Shown here: in pieces, positions 52,178-62,865 of the stretch
Position numbering within the stretch: position 1 is the stretch's first letter
Layout: each line of letters starts with the position of its first letter
NCBI RefSeq assembly: GCF_058153355.1
Contig: NZ_CM177019.1
Direction: 5' to 3' (one strand)
Length of the DNA: 64,000 bases
Made by a program: the position numbers and the translations under genes
The notes under the pieces: generated by a model
Database searches by the model: none
What the model was told of the DNA's origin: nothing
The model's input: the letters and a program-made list of their open reading frames with translations, nothing else

Positions 52178-53440
52178 TTGGCCTGTGAAACGACTACAAG
52201 CATTTAAATTCCAGTTAAGACCAGGTGGTCAACAGGAGCGTGAAATGAGGCGCTTCGCAGGCGCATGTCGTTTCGTTTTCAATCGTGCTCTGGCACGTCA
52301 GAATGAGAATCATGAGGCCGGTAATAAATACATCCCTTACGGGAAAATGGCTTCCTGGCTGGTTGAGTGGAAAAATGCCACTGAAACGCAATGGCTTAAA
52401 GATTCGCCCTCACAGCCATTGCAACAGTCACTGAAAGACCTTGAGCGGGCTTACAAAAACTTCTTCCAGAAGCGGGCTGCTTTTCCCCGATTCAAAAAGC
52501 GGGGACAGAATGATGCATTCCGCTACCCGCAGGGCGTTAAGCTCGATCAGGAAAACAGCCGTATTTTTCTGCCGAAACTGGGCTGGATGCGCTACCGGAA
52601 CAGCCGTCAGGTCACGGGTGTTGTGAAAAATGTCACGGTCAGCCAGTCCTGCGGTAAGTGGTACATCAGTATTCAGACAGAAAGTGAAGTATCCACTCCG
52701 GTTCATCCTTCAGCATCAATGGTCGGGCTGGATGCTGGCGTGGCTAAACTCGCCACGCTGTCAGATGGCACAGTCTTTGAGCCTGTAAACAGTTTTCAGA
52801 AAAACCAGAAGACGCTGGCGAGACTTCAGCGACAGTTAAGCCGCAAGGTCAAATTCAGCAACAACTGGCAGAAGCAGAAACGCAAAATACAGCGACTGCA
52901 TTCCCGTATCGCAAATATCCGCAGGGACTACCTTCACAAAGTCACAACGACCGTCAGCAAAAACCACGCAATGATAGTCATTGAGGATTTGAAGGTCAGC
53001 AACATGTCAAAGTCAGCAGCGGGTACGGTCAGCCAGCCGGGGCGCAATGTCCGGGCAAAATCAGGTTTAAACCGTTCGATACTGGATCAGGGCTGGTATG
53101 AAATGCGCCGCCAGCTTGAGCACAAGCAGCTCTGGAGTGGCGGTCAGGTGCTTGCTGTTCCGCCAGCGTACACAAGCCAGCGTTGCGCGTGCTGTGGTCA
53201 TACAGCGAAAGAAAACCGCCTGTCACAAAGTAAATTCAGATGCCAGGTATGTGGATATACAGCGAACGCCGATGTAAATGGCGCTCGTAACATTTTAGCG
53301 GCGGGGCACGCCGTTCTTGCCTGTGGAGAGATGGTGCAGTCAGGCCGCCCGTTGAAGCAGGAACCCACCGAAATGATTCAGGCGACAGCCTGAACGTAGC
53401 AGGGATCCACGTCCTTCAGGGCGTGGAGGATGTCAACAAA
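51660..53440 (+). mobile_element. IS200/IS605-family element (divergent tnpA and tnpB); boundaries approximate
   Basis: Matching subterminal hairpins ccccgtccttcagggcgggg (51704-51723) and ccacgtccttcagggcgtgg (53407-53426); Y1-type tnpA plus tnpB. Confidence 0.7.
52185..53393 (+). CDS. TnpB (IS605 OrfB-family RuvC-like nuclease)
   Basis: 402 aa; C-terminal zinc finger CACCGH...[18 protein letters not shown]; full length. Confidence 0.85.
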   Translation: MKRLQAFKFQLRPGGQQEREMRRFAGACRFVFNRALARQNENHEAGNKYIPYGKMASWLVEWKNATETQWLKDSPSQPLQQSLKDLERAYKNFFQKRAAFPRFKKRGQNDAFRYPQGVKLDQENSRIFLPKLGWMRYRNSRQVTGVVKNVTVSQSCGKWYISIQTESEVSTPVHPSASMVGLDAGVAKLATLSDGTVFEPVNSFQKNQKTLARLQRQLSRKVKFSNNWQKQKRKIQRLHSRIANIRRDYLHKVTTTVSKNHAMIVIEDLKVSNMSKSAAGTVSQPGRNVRAKSGLNRSILDQGWYEMRRQLEHKQLWSGGQVLAVPPAYTSQRCACCGHTAKENRLSQSKFRCQVCGYTANADVNGARNILAAGHAVLACGEMVQSGRPLKQEPTEMIQATA

Positions 53441-54105
53441 CAGGTTGAATTAACTTCGCGCCCTGGTTTTTGACATTACCCACCGCGCGCGACACAGGGT
53501 GCCAGGTGAACTGGTTTGCTGGAACACAGCCACTGGCAGAAATTTCAGAGGCTTCTTTACCGCTAATCTCTTGCCGCATCCATTCCCGCGCAGCTTCTGG
53601 CGACAGTACCAGCGGGCGGCGGTCATGAATATCTACCAGACCCTGGTCTGCTGCTGCAGTGACAATTAAAAATCCTTCGGCTTCGTCACCACGCTCAAAC
53701 GGTGTGCTACCTATCGCGGCTATAAAAACAGGTTGTCCATCAGCGCGATAGATAAAATAAGGCTGTTTTTTTGTCGCCTTCTTTTTTCCACTCAAACCAG
53801 CCATCGGCAAAACAGATTGCCCGACCATGTTGCCAGAGCGGTTTAAACATACGACTGGTTGCCGCAGTTTCTACGCGGGCGTTAATCAGCGGCGGTTTAT
53901 CCCACCATCCGGGAGCATATCCCCAGAAAACCGGATCCAGATGAAGGTGTTCATCACGTTCACTGAGCAGAAGAACTTTGGTTCCCGGCGCGACGTTGTA
54001 TCTGCCAATGGGTTCGGGATCGTAGGGAATATCGCGTTCAATATCTTCCGCGAGAAGCGCAAGGTAATCTTCACGCGTTTGGGATTGGGCAAAGCGTCCA
54101 CACAT
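53433..54105 (-). pseudogene. yedK: SOS-response-associated peptidase YedK, frameshifted
   Basis: N-terminal ORF (MCGRFAQSQTREDY...) and C-terminal ORF (...QPYFIYRADGQP...) in different frames; a 7-T run at 53766-53772 (7 A on the coding strand) where the recalled E. coli gene has 6. Confidence 0.7.
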
Positions 54106-54213
54106 AGCAACCTCCTGAGATCATACTGAAAAGAATAGGAGAGGGGGCGGGTAAAATCTATGTGATGCAGAGGTAACGATGTTCCCGCTGTTGGCCACAG
54201 CGGGAATGAGGGA

Positions 54214-54447
54214 TTACTTCTGAATTAAATAACGAATGGTCGGCCCGTCTTGCTGAATATCCAGCACCGTATAGCCGTGATTACGCGCATCCAGTGGAAT
54301 ATTATTGATCGACTGCGGACAGTCGCTCACCACTTCCAGGATCTCACCTTTTTTTAATTGCGGCATCGCCTCAAGGGTTGCGACTGCCGGATAAGGGCAG
54401 GGTTCACCCACCATATCAAGGCGGTAATCAGGAACGATATTTTTCAT
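54214..54447 (-). CDS. yedF: TusA-like sulfurtransferase-family protein YedF
   Basis: 77 aa; CPxP motif (GEPCPYP). Confidence 0.85.
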   Translation of the reverse strand: MKNIVPDYRLDMVGEPCPYPAVATLEAMPQLKKGEILEVVSDCPQSINNIPLDARNHGYTVLDIQQDGPTIRYLIQK

Positions 54448-55649
54448 GCGATCTCCTTAGCAGTCTGCGGTGCCGCACGGCGGAAGAAGCGTTTTTCCCA
54501 GCCGATAATCAACATCAGCGCAGCAAACAGCAGCAAATATGTCACCAGCAGGCCACCCATCGGACCAAAGGTTTTCAGTAGGTTGATTTTGTCCCAGTCG
54601 GTGGCCAGCGCCGGAGCGAAATCATCCCAGTAATACGCCAGAATCGTTGAGCCGATCACGTTGCCCAGACCGACCCACCAGTAGTGCACCTGGCCTTCTA
54701 CCGCGCGGTACATCCAGCCGGTTTCGCAACCGCCTGCCAGCACGATGCCAAAACCAAACAGTAAACCACCGATTACCGCGTTCGGCCCCGCCCACATGAT
54801 TTTGGGTTCAACGCCTAACTGGACGTAACTGAAGATCCCGATGGCACTTACCGCCATACCGATAATGATTGCTTTCGCCATGTGGGTACGTCCGGTGATC
54901 CACATATCGCGGAACGCCGAAGTAAAGCAGATTTGCGCACGTTCAATCAGTAAACCAAAGCCGACGCCAAACAGCATTGCCAGCCCCAGTTTTGGTTGGT
55001 TCATCGCCGTCAGCAGCGCCCAGCCCAGCATGCCGAAAAAGACCAGCATCCCGAGACGAAAACGACGCCGCGCCTGATCCGGTTTTTGCGTCAGCGGTGA
55101 GGCGGCAGAAACTTTCTGCATTTTCACGGGAATACGGAAGATGGGCAGCAGGGTAAAGCGCGCGCCAAACCATGAACCAATGGCAGTGGCGATGGCAAAG
55201 AACCAGGCATGCAGCGAGAACTGAGGAATGCCGGTAAAGAACGCCGCCAGGTTACAGCCCATTGCCAGACGCGCGCCAAAACCGGCGATAATGCCGCCAA
55301 TGATGGCCTGCATAATGCGGATACGGCTGCGCGGCATGCGTAGTTTGACATTGTTGGCCCACAGCGCTGCAGCAAAGCAGCCGCCAAACATACCGAGGAT
55401 CATCATGCCGTCGATGCGGGTTAATGGCGATCCTTCCAGATGAATAATTTTAAAATAACCCCACTCTTCAGCATGGACGCCGAACAGCTGCAGGAGCTGA
55501 CCGCCCCAACGGGTAAATTCACCCGTGACAGCCCAAAAGGTGCCAGTGATGCCAAAGTAGTAAGTGGAGAGAATACCCGCCGCGATGACCGCAGGGATGG
55601 GTGCCCAGAATTTAATCAACCAGGCGTGTTTGAATTGCTGCCATGACAT
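54444..55649 (-). CDS. yedE: YeeE/YedE-family inner-membrane transporter
   Basis: 401 aa polytopic membrane protein; ATGA overlap with yedF. Confidence 0.85.
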   Translation of the reverse strand: MSWQQFKHAWLIKFWAPIPAVIAAGILSTYYFGITGTFWAVTGEFTRWGGQLLQLFGVHAEEWGYFKIIHLEGSPLTRIDGMMILGMFGGCFAAALWANNVKLRMPRSRIRIMQAIIGGIIAGFGARLAMGCNLAAFFTGIPQFSLHAWFFAIATAIGSWFGARFTLLPIFRIPVKMQKVSAASPLTQKPDQARRRFRLGMLVFFGMLGWALLTAMNQPKLGLAMLFGVGFGLLIERAQICFTSAFRDMWITGRTHMAKAIIIGMAVSAIGIFSYVQLGVEPKIMWAGPNAVIGGLLFGFGIVLAGGCETGWMYRAVEGQVHYWWVGLGNVIGSTILAYYWDDFAPALATDWDKINLLKTFGPMGGLLVTYLLLFAALMLIIGWEKRFFRRAAPQTAKEIA

Positions 55650-55832
55650 GTATGTAGCCTCTGAACTCAGAAGGTTTGAAACAAGAGTCGCGAATCATAC
55701 ATCAAGCAAATTTATTTTCGGGGTAATAATTCACAAAAATAATAGTTAGATCAAATTTCTCTCTGAACCTGGAAAGGCTGGCGACATCAGGGCTTTAATG
55801 CCACAATCCTCTTTTCTTCTCATGCAGGACGA

Positions 55833-56249
55833 ATGATGAAAAAACTCGCAATTGCAGGCGCGCTCATGTTGCTGGCGGGCTGTGCCGAAGTCGAAAACTA
55901 TAACAATGTCGTTAAAACCCCCGCGCCGGACTGGCTGGCGGGCTACTGGCAGACCAAAGGGCCGCAAAGTGCGCTGGTCAGTCCGGAAGCGATAGGCAGC
56001 CTGATTGTCACTAAAGAGGGCGATACCCTGGATTGCCGTCAGTGGCAGCGGGTGATTGCTGTGCCGGGTAAGTTGACATTGATGTCTGATGATCTCACTA
56101 ACGTTACCGTAAAACGTGAGCTGTACGAGGTTGAGCGTGAAGGTAACACCATTGAGTACGATGGAATGACGATGGAGCGTGTGGATCGCCCGACGGCAGA
56201 GTGTGCCGCTGCGCTGGATAAAGCGCCGTTACCGACGCCATTGCCGTAA
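55833..56249 (+). CDS. yedD: Lipoprotein YedD
   Basis: Lipobox LLAGC; about 137 aa. Confidence 0.8.
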   Translation: MMKKLAIAGALMLLAGCAEVENYNNVVKTPAPDWLAGYWQTKGPQSALVSPEAIGSLIVTKEGDTLDCRQWQRVIAVPGKLTLMSDDLTNVTVKRELYEVEREGNTIEYDGMTMERVDRPTAECAAALDKAPLPTPLP

Positions 56250-56282
56250 TGAAATCTCCCCGGCTTGCCGCCGGGGATGAAT

Positions 56283-57770
56283 TTAAATCACCTCTTCGAT
56301 AACCCACACGCTGACGCTGCCGCCGTTGCAAAAGAAGGTCGCTTCGCCGTTTTCGTCGGTCACTACGCTCTCTTGCCGATTCCCCAGAAAATCACGCCAG
56401 GTTTTATTGCCGTAATTCTCTCCCAGATGAATGGTTTTTTCGCCATCATCTCCGTTCGACATGACCACCACGCAGCCGGGATATTCGTCGGTGCCACTGC
56501 GGCTAAAGGCAATGCAGTTCGGATGGTCGAAAAATAACGTCTGTACACCGTGGGCGAAACGCTGACGGGCGAGAATTAACTCATCAAGTTGTTCGATTAT
56601 TGGCATATCTATCGGATAGGTTTGCCCGTCACCGCCGACATCTTCGTAATGCGCGCCATAGAGGTCAGGATAGAACACCGAAGGAACGCCATTTTCCCGC
56701 AACAAAATTAAGGCATACGCCAGCGGTTTAAACCACGGTTCGACCGGCGCTTCGAGGGCTTGCAACGGTTGGGTGTCATGGTTGGCAACGAGGGTTACGG
56801 CGTGAAAAGGATCGGCTTCCACCAGCGTCCCAGTGAAAATCTGCGTCATGTCGTAGTCGCGTCCCATGCGCGATGCTTCATGGAATTTCATCTGCAGCGG
56901 CGCATCGAACAGCATGGTTTTGCCTTCCACCTGATCAATATACGTTTGCAGCTTATCAACTTCATGCGACCAGTACTCCGCCACAATAAACAGCGGCTTT
57001 GGCGCAACTTCTTGTACGTGTTCGACCCACTCTTTATAAAACCAGGCTGGAATATGTTTGACCGCATCAAGACGAAAACCGTCGCATTGCGTTTGTTCCA
57101 TCACCCAGCGCGCCCAGTATTTAATCTCTTCCGTCACGGCATGATTGCGAAAATCGATATTCTCGCCCATCAGATAATCGAAATTACCGAGTTCATCATC
57201 AACCTGATCGTTCCAGCCTTCGCCGGTGTAGTCGTTAACAATTTTAAAAATGCCATCTTCATTGGGGTTTTCGATATGGTCGATACCGCTAAAACATTTG
57301 AAATCCCAGATAAACTGCGAGTATTGCCCGGCACGGGCGGGGAAGGTGTAACGCGTCCAGCCTTCGCATTCAATGATTTCTTCATCAATTTGCGTACGGT
57401 CGTCAGCATTAACGCGCTGCACGCGAATAGCTTCTTTTTCATCCGCGCCCATTTTGTGATTGACTACCACGTCCAGCAGCACCGCAATGTCATTACGTTT
57501 CAGAGCGTCAATGGCGGCCAGCAGTTGTGCTTTATCGCCATATTTAGTAGGGATGCTGCCTTTCTGATCAAACTCGCCTAAATCAAATAAATCATAGGAG
57601 TCGTAGCCGACCGAATACCCGCCCGATGCGCCTTTATAGGCGGGCGGCAACCAGACCATATTGATACCAATATCATTAAAACCGTCGGCGCGCTCGGCCA
57701 GTTCAGGCCAGAGCTTACCGCCTTCCGGGTAATACCAGTGAAAACATTGTAACAGCGTGGGATTACGCAT
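56283..57770 (-). CDS. amyA: Cytoplasmic alpha-amylase AmyA
   Basis: 495 aa; glycoside hydrolase family 13 motifs; no signal peptide. Confidence 0.9.
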   Translation of the reverse strand: MRNPTLLQCFHWYYPEGGKLWPELAERADGFNDIGINMVWLPPAYKGASGGYSVGYDSYDLFDLGEFDQKGSIPTKYGDKAQLLAAIDALKRNDIAVLLDVVVNHKMGADEKEAIRVQRVNADDRTQIDEEIIECEGWTRYTFPARAGQYSQFIWDFKCFSGIDHIENPNEDGIFKIVNDYTGEGWNDQVDDELGNFDYLMGENIDFRNHAVTEEIKYWARWVMEQTQCDGFRLDAVKHIPAWFYKEWVEHVQEVAPKPLFIVAEYWSHEVDKLQTYIDQVEGKTMLFDAPLQMKFHEASRMGRDYDMTQIFTGTLVEADPFHAVTLVANHDTQPLQALEAPVEPWFKPLAYALILLRENGVPSVFYPDLYGAHYEDVGGDGQTYPIDMPIIEQLDELILARQRFAHGVQTLFFDHPNCIAFSRSGTDEYPGCVVVMSNGDDGEKTIHLGENYGNKTWRDFLGNRQESVVTDENGEATFFCNGGSVSVWVIEEVI

Positions 57771-57847
57771 TCTTCGACTCCATTCAAGGGGAACATTAGA
57801 AGCGTAGCCGTAATCGGATTATTCGCGAGCCATCGGCTCGTTAAGAT

Positions 57848-58213
57848 TCAAAAGAGGTTATCCTGCGGAGCCAGCACAAAGCCGCCCTGATCGCCATAGG
57901 CACTTAACACCGATTTTTGTACCGATGACTGACCGACCAGTTTCGCCAGTTCATCCATCCGAATCTGCAATAACTGCTTTACCCTGCTTTCGTTGTCGAG
58001 AATCAGGCGCAGCATCGGGCGGAGTTGCTCCTGCATCGTGGTGGACGGATCAATCTCTTCAGTCAGATGTGCAATCTCCTGCACCGCATTCACATACGCC
58101 ATTTCGCTGGCGATGAGTTCGTCCCATTGTTCTTCTGTTGCCAGGCGTAACATGAGCTGGCTTTTTTCGACGAGTTGTTGCCAGGCGAAATACAAATGCG
58201 GTGCATGGTTCAT
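57848..58213 (-). CDS. fliT: Flagellar chaperone / anti-FlhDC factor FliT
   Basis: 121 aa. Confidence 0.85.
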   Translation of the reverse strand: MNHAPHLYFAWQQLVEKSQLMLRLATEEQWDELIASEMAYVNAVQEIAHLTEEIDPSTTMQEQLRPMLRLILDNESRVKQLLQIRMDELAKLVGQSSVQKSVLSAYGDQGGFVLAPQDNLF

Positions 58214-58623
58214 CAGACTGGGTCCTGAATCAAAGAAGGGGAGAGTAAAGACTCTTTCCAGGCATCGGCAATATTGCGCATTAATGCTTCCACTTCTTCG
58301 ACTGCGGAGACATCGTTGCGTAAATTGGCTTGCAGCAAGCGCCTGACCATATAGCTATAAAGAGCAATCAAGTTTTGGGTTAGTTCGTCTTTGCTCTCTT
58401 CATCAAGACTCACCCGCAGCCCGTTCTCAATGATGTTGATCGCTTTTGACAAAGAGACGCCTTTGCCTTGCTGATTGTTGTCCTGCATAAACAGGCGCGC
58501 TCTAACCAGTGCGCTCAGCACTCCATCAAATAGCATGGTGACCAGCTGCTGCTGGCTGGCGCTCATTACGGCGCTTTCGACGCCAATTTGTGCATAGGCC
58601 TGGGTGCCTTTTGCCGCGTACAT
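58213..58623 (-). CDS. fliS: Flagellin-specific chaperone FliS
   Basis: 136 aa. Confidence 0.9.
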   Translation of the reverse strand: MYAAKGTQAYAQIGVESAVMSASQQQLVTMLFDGVLSALVRARLFMQDNNQQGKGVSLSKAINIIENGLRVSLDEESKDELTQNLIALYSYMVRRLLQANLRNDVSAVEEVEALMRNIADAWKESLLSPSLIQDPV

Positions 58624-58638
58624 AGTTTCTCCTGAAGA

Positions 58639-60054
58639 TTATTTCGAGTTGCTATTTGAGGTGTCGAACTGCTGTGTCAGATAGCTACTGGTGGAGTTAA
58701 GCGAGTTCATTAACACATCTAATTGGGTGAACTGGGCTTTATAGCGCGTCATTAAGGTATCGATACGCTCACTGGCTGCGTTGTACTGGTCGGTCAAATT
58801 ATTCAGCGTTTTGCTGACGCCATCTTTTGCGGCCTGGATTATCCCGGTGGAAGAGAGCCAACTGGTCAGGTTGCTACTAATGCCGGTAGTTACCCCTGTA
58901 CTTTTACCGTCACCTATAAACATTTCACCGATGCCAGCGGCATCTTTTTTTAGTGCCGTTTGCAGTTTGTCGGTCGCGATTTCCAGCTTGCCGGTACTGG
59001 CATCGCTGGTAATGCCAATCTGTGCCAGCGTTTTATAGTTTGAACTGCTGTGAGTATTGGCGAGCAAGGTTTTAAGCTGAGTCTGGATGGTACGCAGTGT
59101 GGAGTCACCAAGTAATGCTCCATTACTGGAGTCCTGACTTTCTGCTCCGGCATCGACAGCGGTGTATTTGGTTAAGCTACTGAATGTATCCTGCAATGTG
59201 TTATAGGCATCCACCCATGCTTTGACTGCATTTTCAGCTTTGGATGTGTCTTTACTGATGGTCAGTGTCTGATTACCGGTGGTGACGTCATTCAGGTTGA
59301 GTGTGATATCTTCCAGCGCGTCGCTGATAGTGTTACTGCTGTTTTCAATCTCAACGTTATTGACTGTTAGTTTGGCGTTTTGCGCGGTGACGCTTTCAAT
59401 CATGCCATTGCTGCTATCACCCGACGTTCCGTTGTAACCCATAAAACTTTCCAGGGCGCTGTCGCCGCTGACGCTAAGTTTCATAGCGTTATCGTTGCCC
59501 GTATCGTTAGCGGTGATGGACAGACGATATTCGCCGTTTCCCACATTGATGATACTGGCGCTGACACCAGCTTTGGCGTTGTTAATGGCATCGCGAATGC
59601 CGGAAAGTGACGAGTTAGCCGCGCTGATATCAATCGTGACCGGATCTTTACCGCCGCCTTGCTGGATGGTCAGTACGCTATCGCTGGTAGCGATGGCAGC
59701 TTTACTGTCTTTTTGACTAATTTTTGTGGTCAGCGTTTGTGCCTGCGCCAGTTGGCTAACGCTAATGGTGAATTTCCCGGCAATCGCGCTGCCCGTGGTG
59801 GTGGCGCTGAAAGCCGATGAACTGCTGGTGGTTGAAGTGGCGGTAAATAAATCGGCTTTATTCAGTGCTGTGTTGGCTGTCTGGAAACTCTCTAGTGCAC
59901 TTTTCAGCGTCCCGTAGGCGCTCAGTTTCGCGGTGTAAGAGCTTTGCTGTTTTGATATCGGCGTCAGGGTAGATTTTTCTGCCGCCTCCAGACTGTCAAG
60001 GATGCTGCTTAAGTCCAGCCCCGACCCAACCCCAAGCGTTGAAATACTAGCCAT
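58639..60054 (-). CDS. fliD: Flagellar filament cap protein FliD
   Basis: 471 aa starting MASISTLGVGSGLDL. Confidence 0.9.
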   Translation of the reverse strand: MASISTLGVGSGLDLSSILDSLEAAEKSTLTPISKQQSSYTAKLSAYGTLKSALESFQTANTALNKADLFTATSTTSSSSAFSATTTGSAIAGKFTISVSQLAQAQTLTTKISQKDSKAAIATSDSVLTIQQGGGKDPVTIDISAANSSLSGIRDAINNAKAGVSASIINVGNGEYRLSITANDTGNDNAMKLSVSGDSALESFMGYNGTSGDSSNGMIESVTAQNAKLTVNNVEIENSSNTISDALEDITLNLNDVTTGNQTLTISKDTSKAENAVKAWVDAYNTLQDTFSSLTKYTAVDAGAESQDSSNGALLGDSTLRTIQTQLKTLLANTHSSSNYKTLAQIGITSDASTGKLEIATDKLQTALKKDAAGIGEMFIGDGKSTGVTTGISSNLTSWLSSTGIIQAAKDGVSKTLNNLTDQYNAASERIDTLMTRYKAQFTQLDVLMNSLNSTSSYLTQQFDTSNSNSK

Positions 60055-60096
60055 ATAGATTCCTTAATCATGCGACGTATAGAACGAATATCGAGG

Positions 60097-60123
60097 TTAT
60101 CGGCGTAAGCGGGGCAAAGTTTA
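60097..60123 (-). promoter_or_regulatory. Sigma-28 (FliA) promoter for fliD
   Basis: Minus strand reads TAAACTTT-N11-GCCGATAA, close to the sigma-28 consensus TAAAGTTT-N11-GCCGATAA. Confidence 0.65.
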
Positions 60124-60196
60124 CGATTTATTTTTTGGTTTAATGACACGAACAGCAACGAGGAAGGGGAGTATTTCGACCGCTAGAAAAAAATTC

Positions 60197-60223
60197 TAAA
60201 GGTTGTGAGTGACCAGACGATAA
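60197..60223 (+). promoter_or_regulatory. Sigma-28 (FliA) promoter for fliC
   Basis: TAAAGGTT-N11-GACGATAA about 75 bp upstream of the fliC start. Confidence 0.6.
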
Positions 60224-60299
60224 CAGGGTTGACGGCGACGAAGCCGAAGGGTGGAAGCCCAATACCTAAACCGTAGACTTGAAAACAGGAAAAGAAATC

Positions 60300-61781
60300 A
60301 TGGCACAAGTCATTAATACCAACAGCCTCTCGCTGATCACTCAGAACAACATCAACAAAAACCAGTCTGCGCTGTCGACGTCTATCGAGCGTCTGTCTTC
60401 CGGTCTGCGTATCAACAGCGCAAAGGATGATGCAGCGGGCCAGGCCATTGCTAACCGTTTCACCTCTAACATTAAAGGCCTGACTCAGGCTGCACGTAAC
60501 GCCAACGACGGTATTTCTCTGGCGCAGACTACTGAAGGCGCGCTGTCTGAGATTAACAACAACTTGCAGCGTGTGCGTGAGTTGACTGTACAGGCGACGA
60601 CCGGGACTAACTCTGAATCTGACCTGTCTTCTATCCAGGATGAAATCAAATCCCGTTTAAGCGAAATTGACCGTGTTTCTGGTCAGACTCAGTTTAACGG
60701 CGTGAACGTACTGGCTAAGAATGACACCCTGTCTATTCAGGTAGGTGCAAATGACGGTCAGACTATCAATATTGACCTGCAGCAGATCGATTCTCATACA
60801 CTGGGTCTGGATGGTTTCAGCGTTAAAAACAATGATGCAGTGAAAACCAGTGCTGCGGTGAATACTCTTGGGGGTGGGGCAAGTTCTGTTGCTGTCGACT
60901 TCGCAACAACCAATTTGACTGCTATCGCTGGTCTCGGTGGCGGTGCTATCAGCGAAATTGCTAAAGACGATAATGGTGATTACTACGCGCATGTTACAGG
61001 GACTACGGGTAGTACTGCTGATGGTTACTATGCTGTCGATATTGACAAGGCTAACGGTAAGGTCGCTCTGAAAGATGGTAACGTAGATACACCGACAGGT
61101 ACGCCAACGACGACAAGCACATATGACTTCACAGACGCTGGTCAAACCGTTTCCTTTGGCACTGATGCTGCAACAGCAGGTATCAGCACTGGCGCTTCTC
61201 TCGTCAAACTTCAGGATGAGAAAGGCAATGATACTGCTACTTATGCAATCAAAGCACAAGATGGCAGCCTGTATGCCGCCAACGTTGATGAGACTACCGG
61301 TAAAGTCACTGTCAAAACCGCCAGCTATACCGATGCTGACGGCAAAGCAGTGACCGATGCCGCTGTAAAACTGGGTGGCGACAATGGCAAAACCGAAATT
61401 GTTGTCGATGCTGCGTCAGGTAAAACTTACGATGCTGGTGCACTGCAAAACGCTGATCTCTCCAGTGCAACCAACACGGTAACCGCAATCCCGAACGGTA
61501 AAACCACGTCTCCTCTGGCTGCCCTTGACGACGCAATCAGCCAGATCGACAAATTCCGCTCCTCCCTCGGTGCGGTACAAAACCGTTTGGATTCCGCCGT
61601 CACCAACCTGAACAACACCACTACCAACCTGTCTGAAGCGCAGTCCCGTATTCAGGACGCCGACTATGCGACCGAAGTGTCCAACATGTCGAAAGCGCAG
61701 ATTATCCAGCAGGCCGGTAACTCCGTGCTGGCAAAAGCCAACCAGGTACCGCAGCAGGTTCTGTCTCTGCTGCAGGGTTAA
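60300..61781 (+). CDS. fliC: Flagellin FliC
   Basis: Start MAQVINTNSLSLITQNN; conserved N- and C-terminal domains (C-terminal ...QVPQQVLSLLQG) around a variable middle; 493 aa. Confidence 0.9.
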   Translation: MAQVINTNSLSLITQNNINKNQSALSTSIERLSSGLRINSAKDDAAGQAIANRFTSNIKGLTQAARNANDGISLAQTTEGALSEINNNLQRVRELTVQATTGTNSESDLSSIQDEIKSRLSEIDRVSGQTQFNGVNVLAKNDTLSIQVGANDGQTINIDLQQIDSHTLGLDGFSVKNNDAVKTSAAVNTLGGGASSVAVDFATTNLTAIAGLGGGAISEIAKDDNGDYYAHVTGTTGSTADGYYAVDIDKANGKVALKDGNVDTPTGTPTTTSTYDFTDAGQTVSFGTDAATAGISTGASLVKLQDEKGNDTATYAIKAQDGSLYAANVDETTGKVTVKTASYTDADGKAVTDAAVKLGGDNGKTEIVVDAASGKTYDAGALQNADLSSATNTVTAIPNGKTTSPLAALDDAISQIDKFRSSLGAVQNRLDSAVTNLNNTTTNLSEAQSRIQDADYATEVSNMSKAQIIQQAGNSVLAKANQVPQQVLSLLQG

Positions 61782-61824
61782 TCGTCCTAACCTGATTAAC
61801 TGAGACTGACGGCAACGCCAAATT

Positions 61825-61926
<102 letters not shown>

Positions 61927-61955
61927 ATGAATGGTAATTTGTCAGCAACGTGCTT

Positions 61956-61980
61956 CCCCGCCACCGGCGGGGTTTTTTCT
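61956..61980 (+). terminator. Rho-independent terminator after fliC
   Basis: ccccgcc-acc-ggcgggg hairpin followed by tttttt. Confidence 0.6.
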
Positions 61981-62100
61981 GTCCGCAATTTACCGGTAAC
62001 CCCCAAATAACCCCTCATTTCACCCACTAATCGTCCGATTAAAAACCCTGCAGAAACGGATAATCATGCCGATAACTCATATAACGCAGGGCTGTTTATC

Positions 62101-62820
62101 GTGAATTCACTCTATACCGCTGAAGGTGTAATGGATAAACACTCGCTGTGGCAGCGTTATGTCCCGCTGGTGCGTCACGAAGCATTGCGCCTGCAGGTTC
62201 GACTGCCCGCGAGCGTGGAACTTGACGATCTGCTACAGGCGGGCGGCATTGGGTTACTTAATGCCGTCGAACGCTATGACGCCCTACAAGGAACGGCATT
62301 TACAACTTACGCAGTGCAGCGTATCCGTGGCGCTATGCTGGATGAACTTCGCAGCCGTGACTGGGTGCCGCGCAGCGTGCGACGCAACGCGCGTGAAGTG
62401 GCACAGGCAATAGGGCAACTGGAGCAGGAACTTGGCCGCAACGCCACGGAAACTGAGGTTGCGGAACGTTTAGGGATCGATATTGCCGATTATCGCCAAA
62501 TGTTGCTCGACACCAATAACAGCCAGCTCTTCTCCTACGATGAGTGGCGCGAAGAGCACGGCGATAGCATCGAACTGGTTACTGATGATCATCAGCGAGA
62601 AAACCCGCTACAACAACTGCTGGACAGTAATCTGCGCCAGCGGGTGATGGAAGCCATCGAAACGTTGCCTGAGCGCGAAAAACTGGTATTAACCCTCTAT
62701 TACCAGGAAGAGCTGAATCTCAAAGAGATTGGCGCGGTGCTGGAGGTCGGGGAATCGCGGGTCAGTCAGTTACACAGCCAGGCCATTAAACGGTTACGCA
62801 CTAAACTGGGTAAGTTATAA
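62101..62820 (+). CDS. fliA: Flagellar sigma factor sigma-28 FliA
   Basis: GTG start; 239 aa MNSLYTAEGVMDKHSLWQRYVPLV...; sigma-70 family regions 2-4. Confidence 0.9.
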   Translation: MNSLYTAEGVMDKHSLWQRYVPLVRHEALRLQVRLPASVELDDLLQAGGIGLLNAVERYDALQGTAFTTYAVQRIRGAMLDELRSRDWVPRSVRRNAREVAQAIGQLEQELGRNATETEVAERLGIDIADYRQMLLDTNNSQLFSYDEWREEHGDSIELVTDDHQRENPLQQLLDSNLRQRVMEAIETLPEREKLVLTLYYQEELNLKEIGAVLEVGESRVSQLHSQAIKRLRTKLGKL

Positions 62821-62865
62821 CGTCAGTAAATGCCGCACTTTAATTTTGACTACCAGGAGTTCTTA

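Noticed and set aside
60657-61259. 200-aa minus-strand ORF within fliC
   Set aside because: Antisense to the flagellin variable region; a common artefact in Thr/Ala/Gly-rich coding sequence.
62040-62100. Sigma-28 promoter upstream of fliA
   Set aside because: A GCCGATAA -10-like element is present, but I could not find a convincing -35 at the right spacing, so no promoter feature is called.
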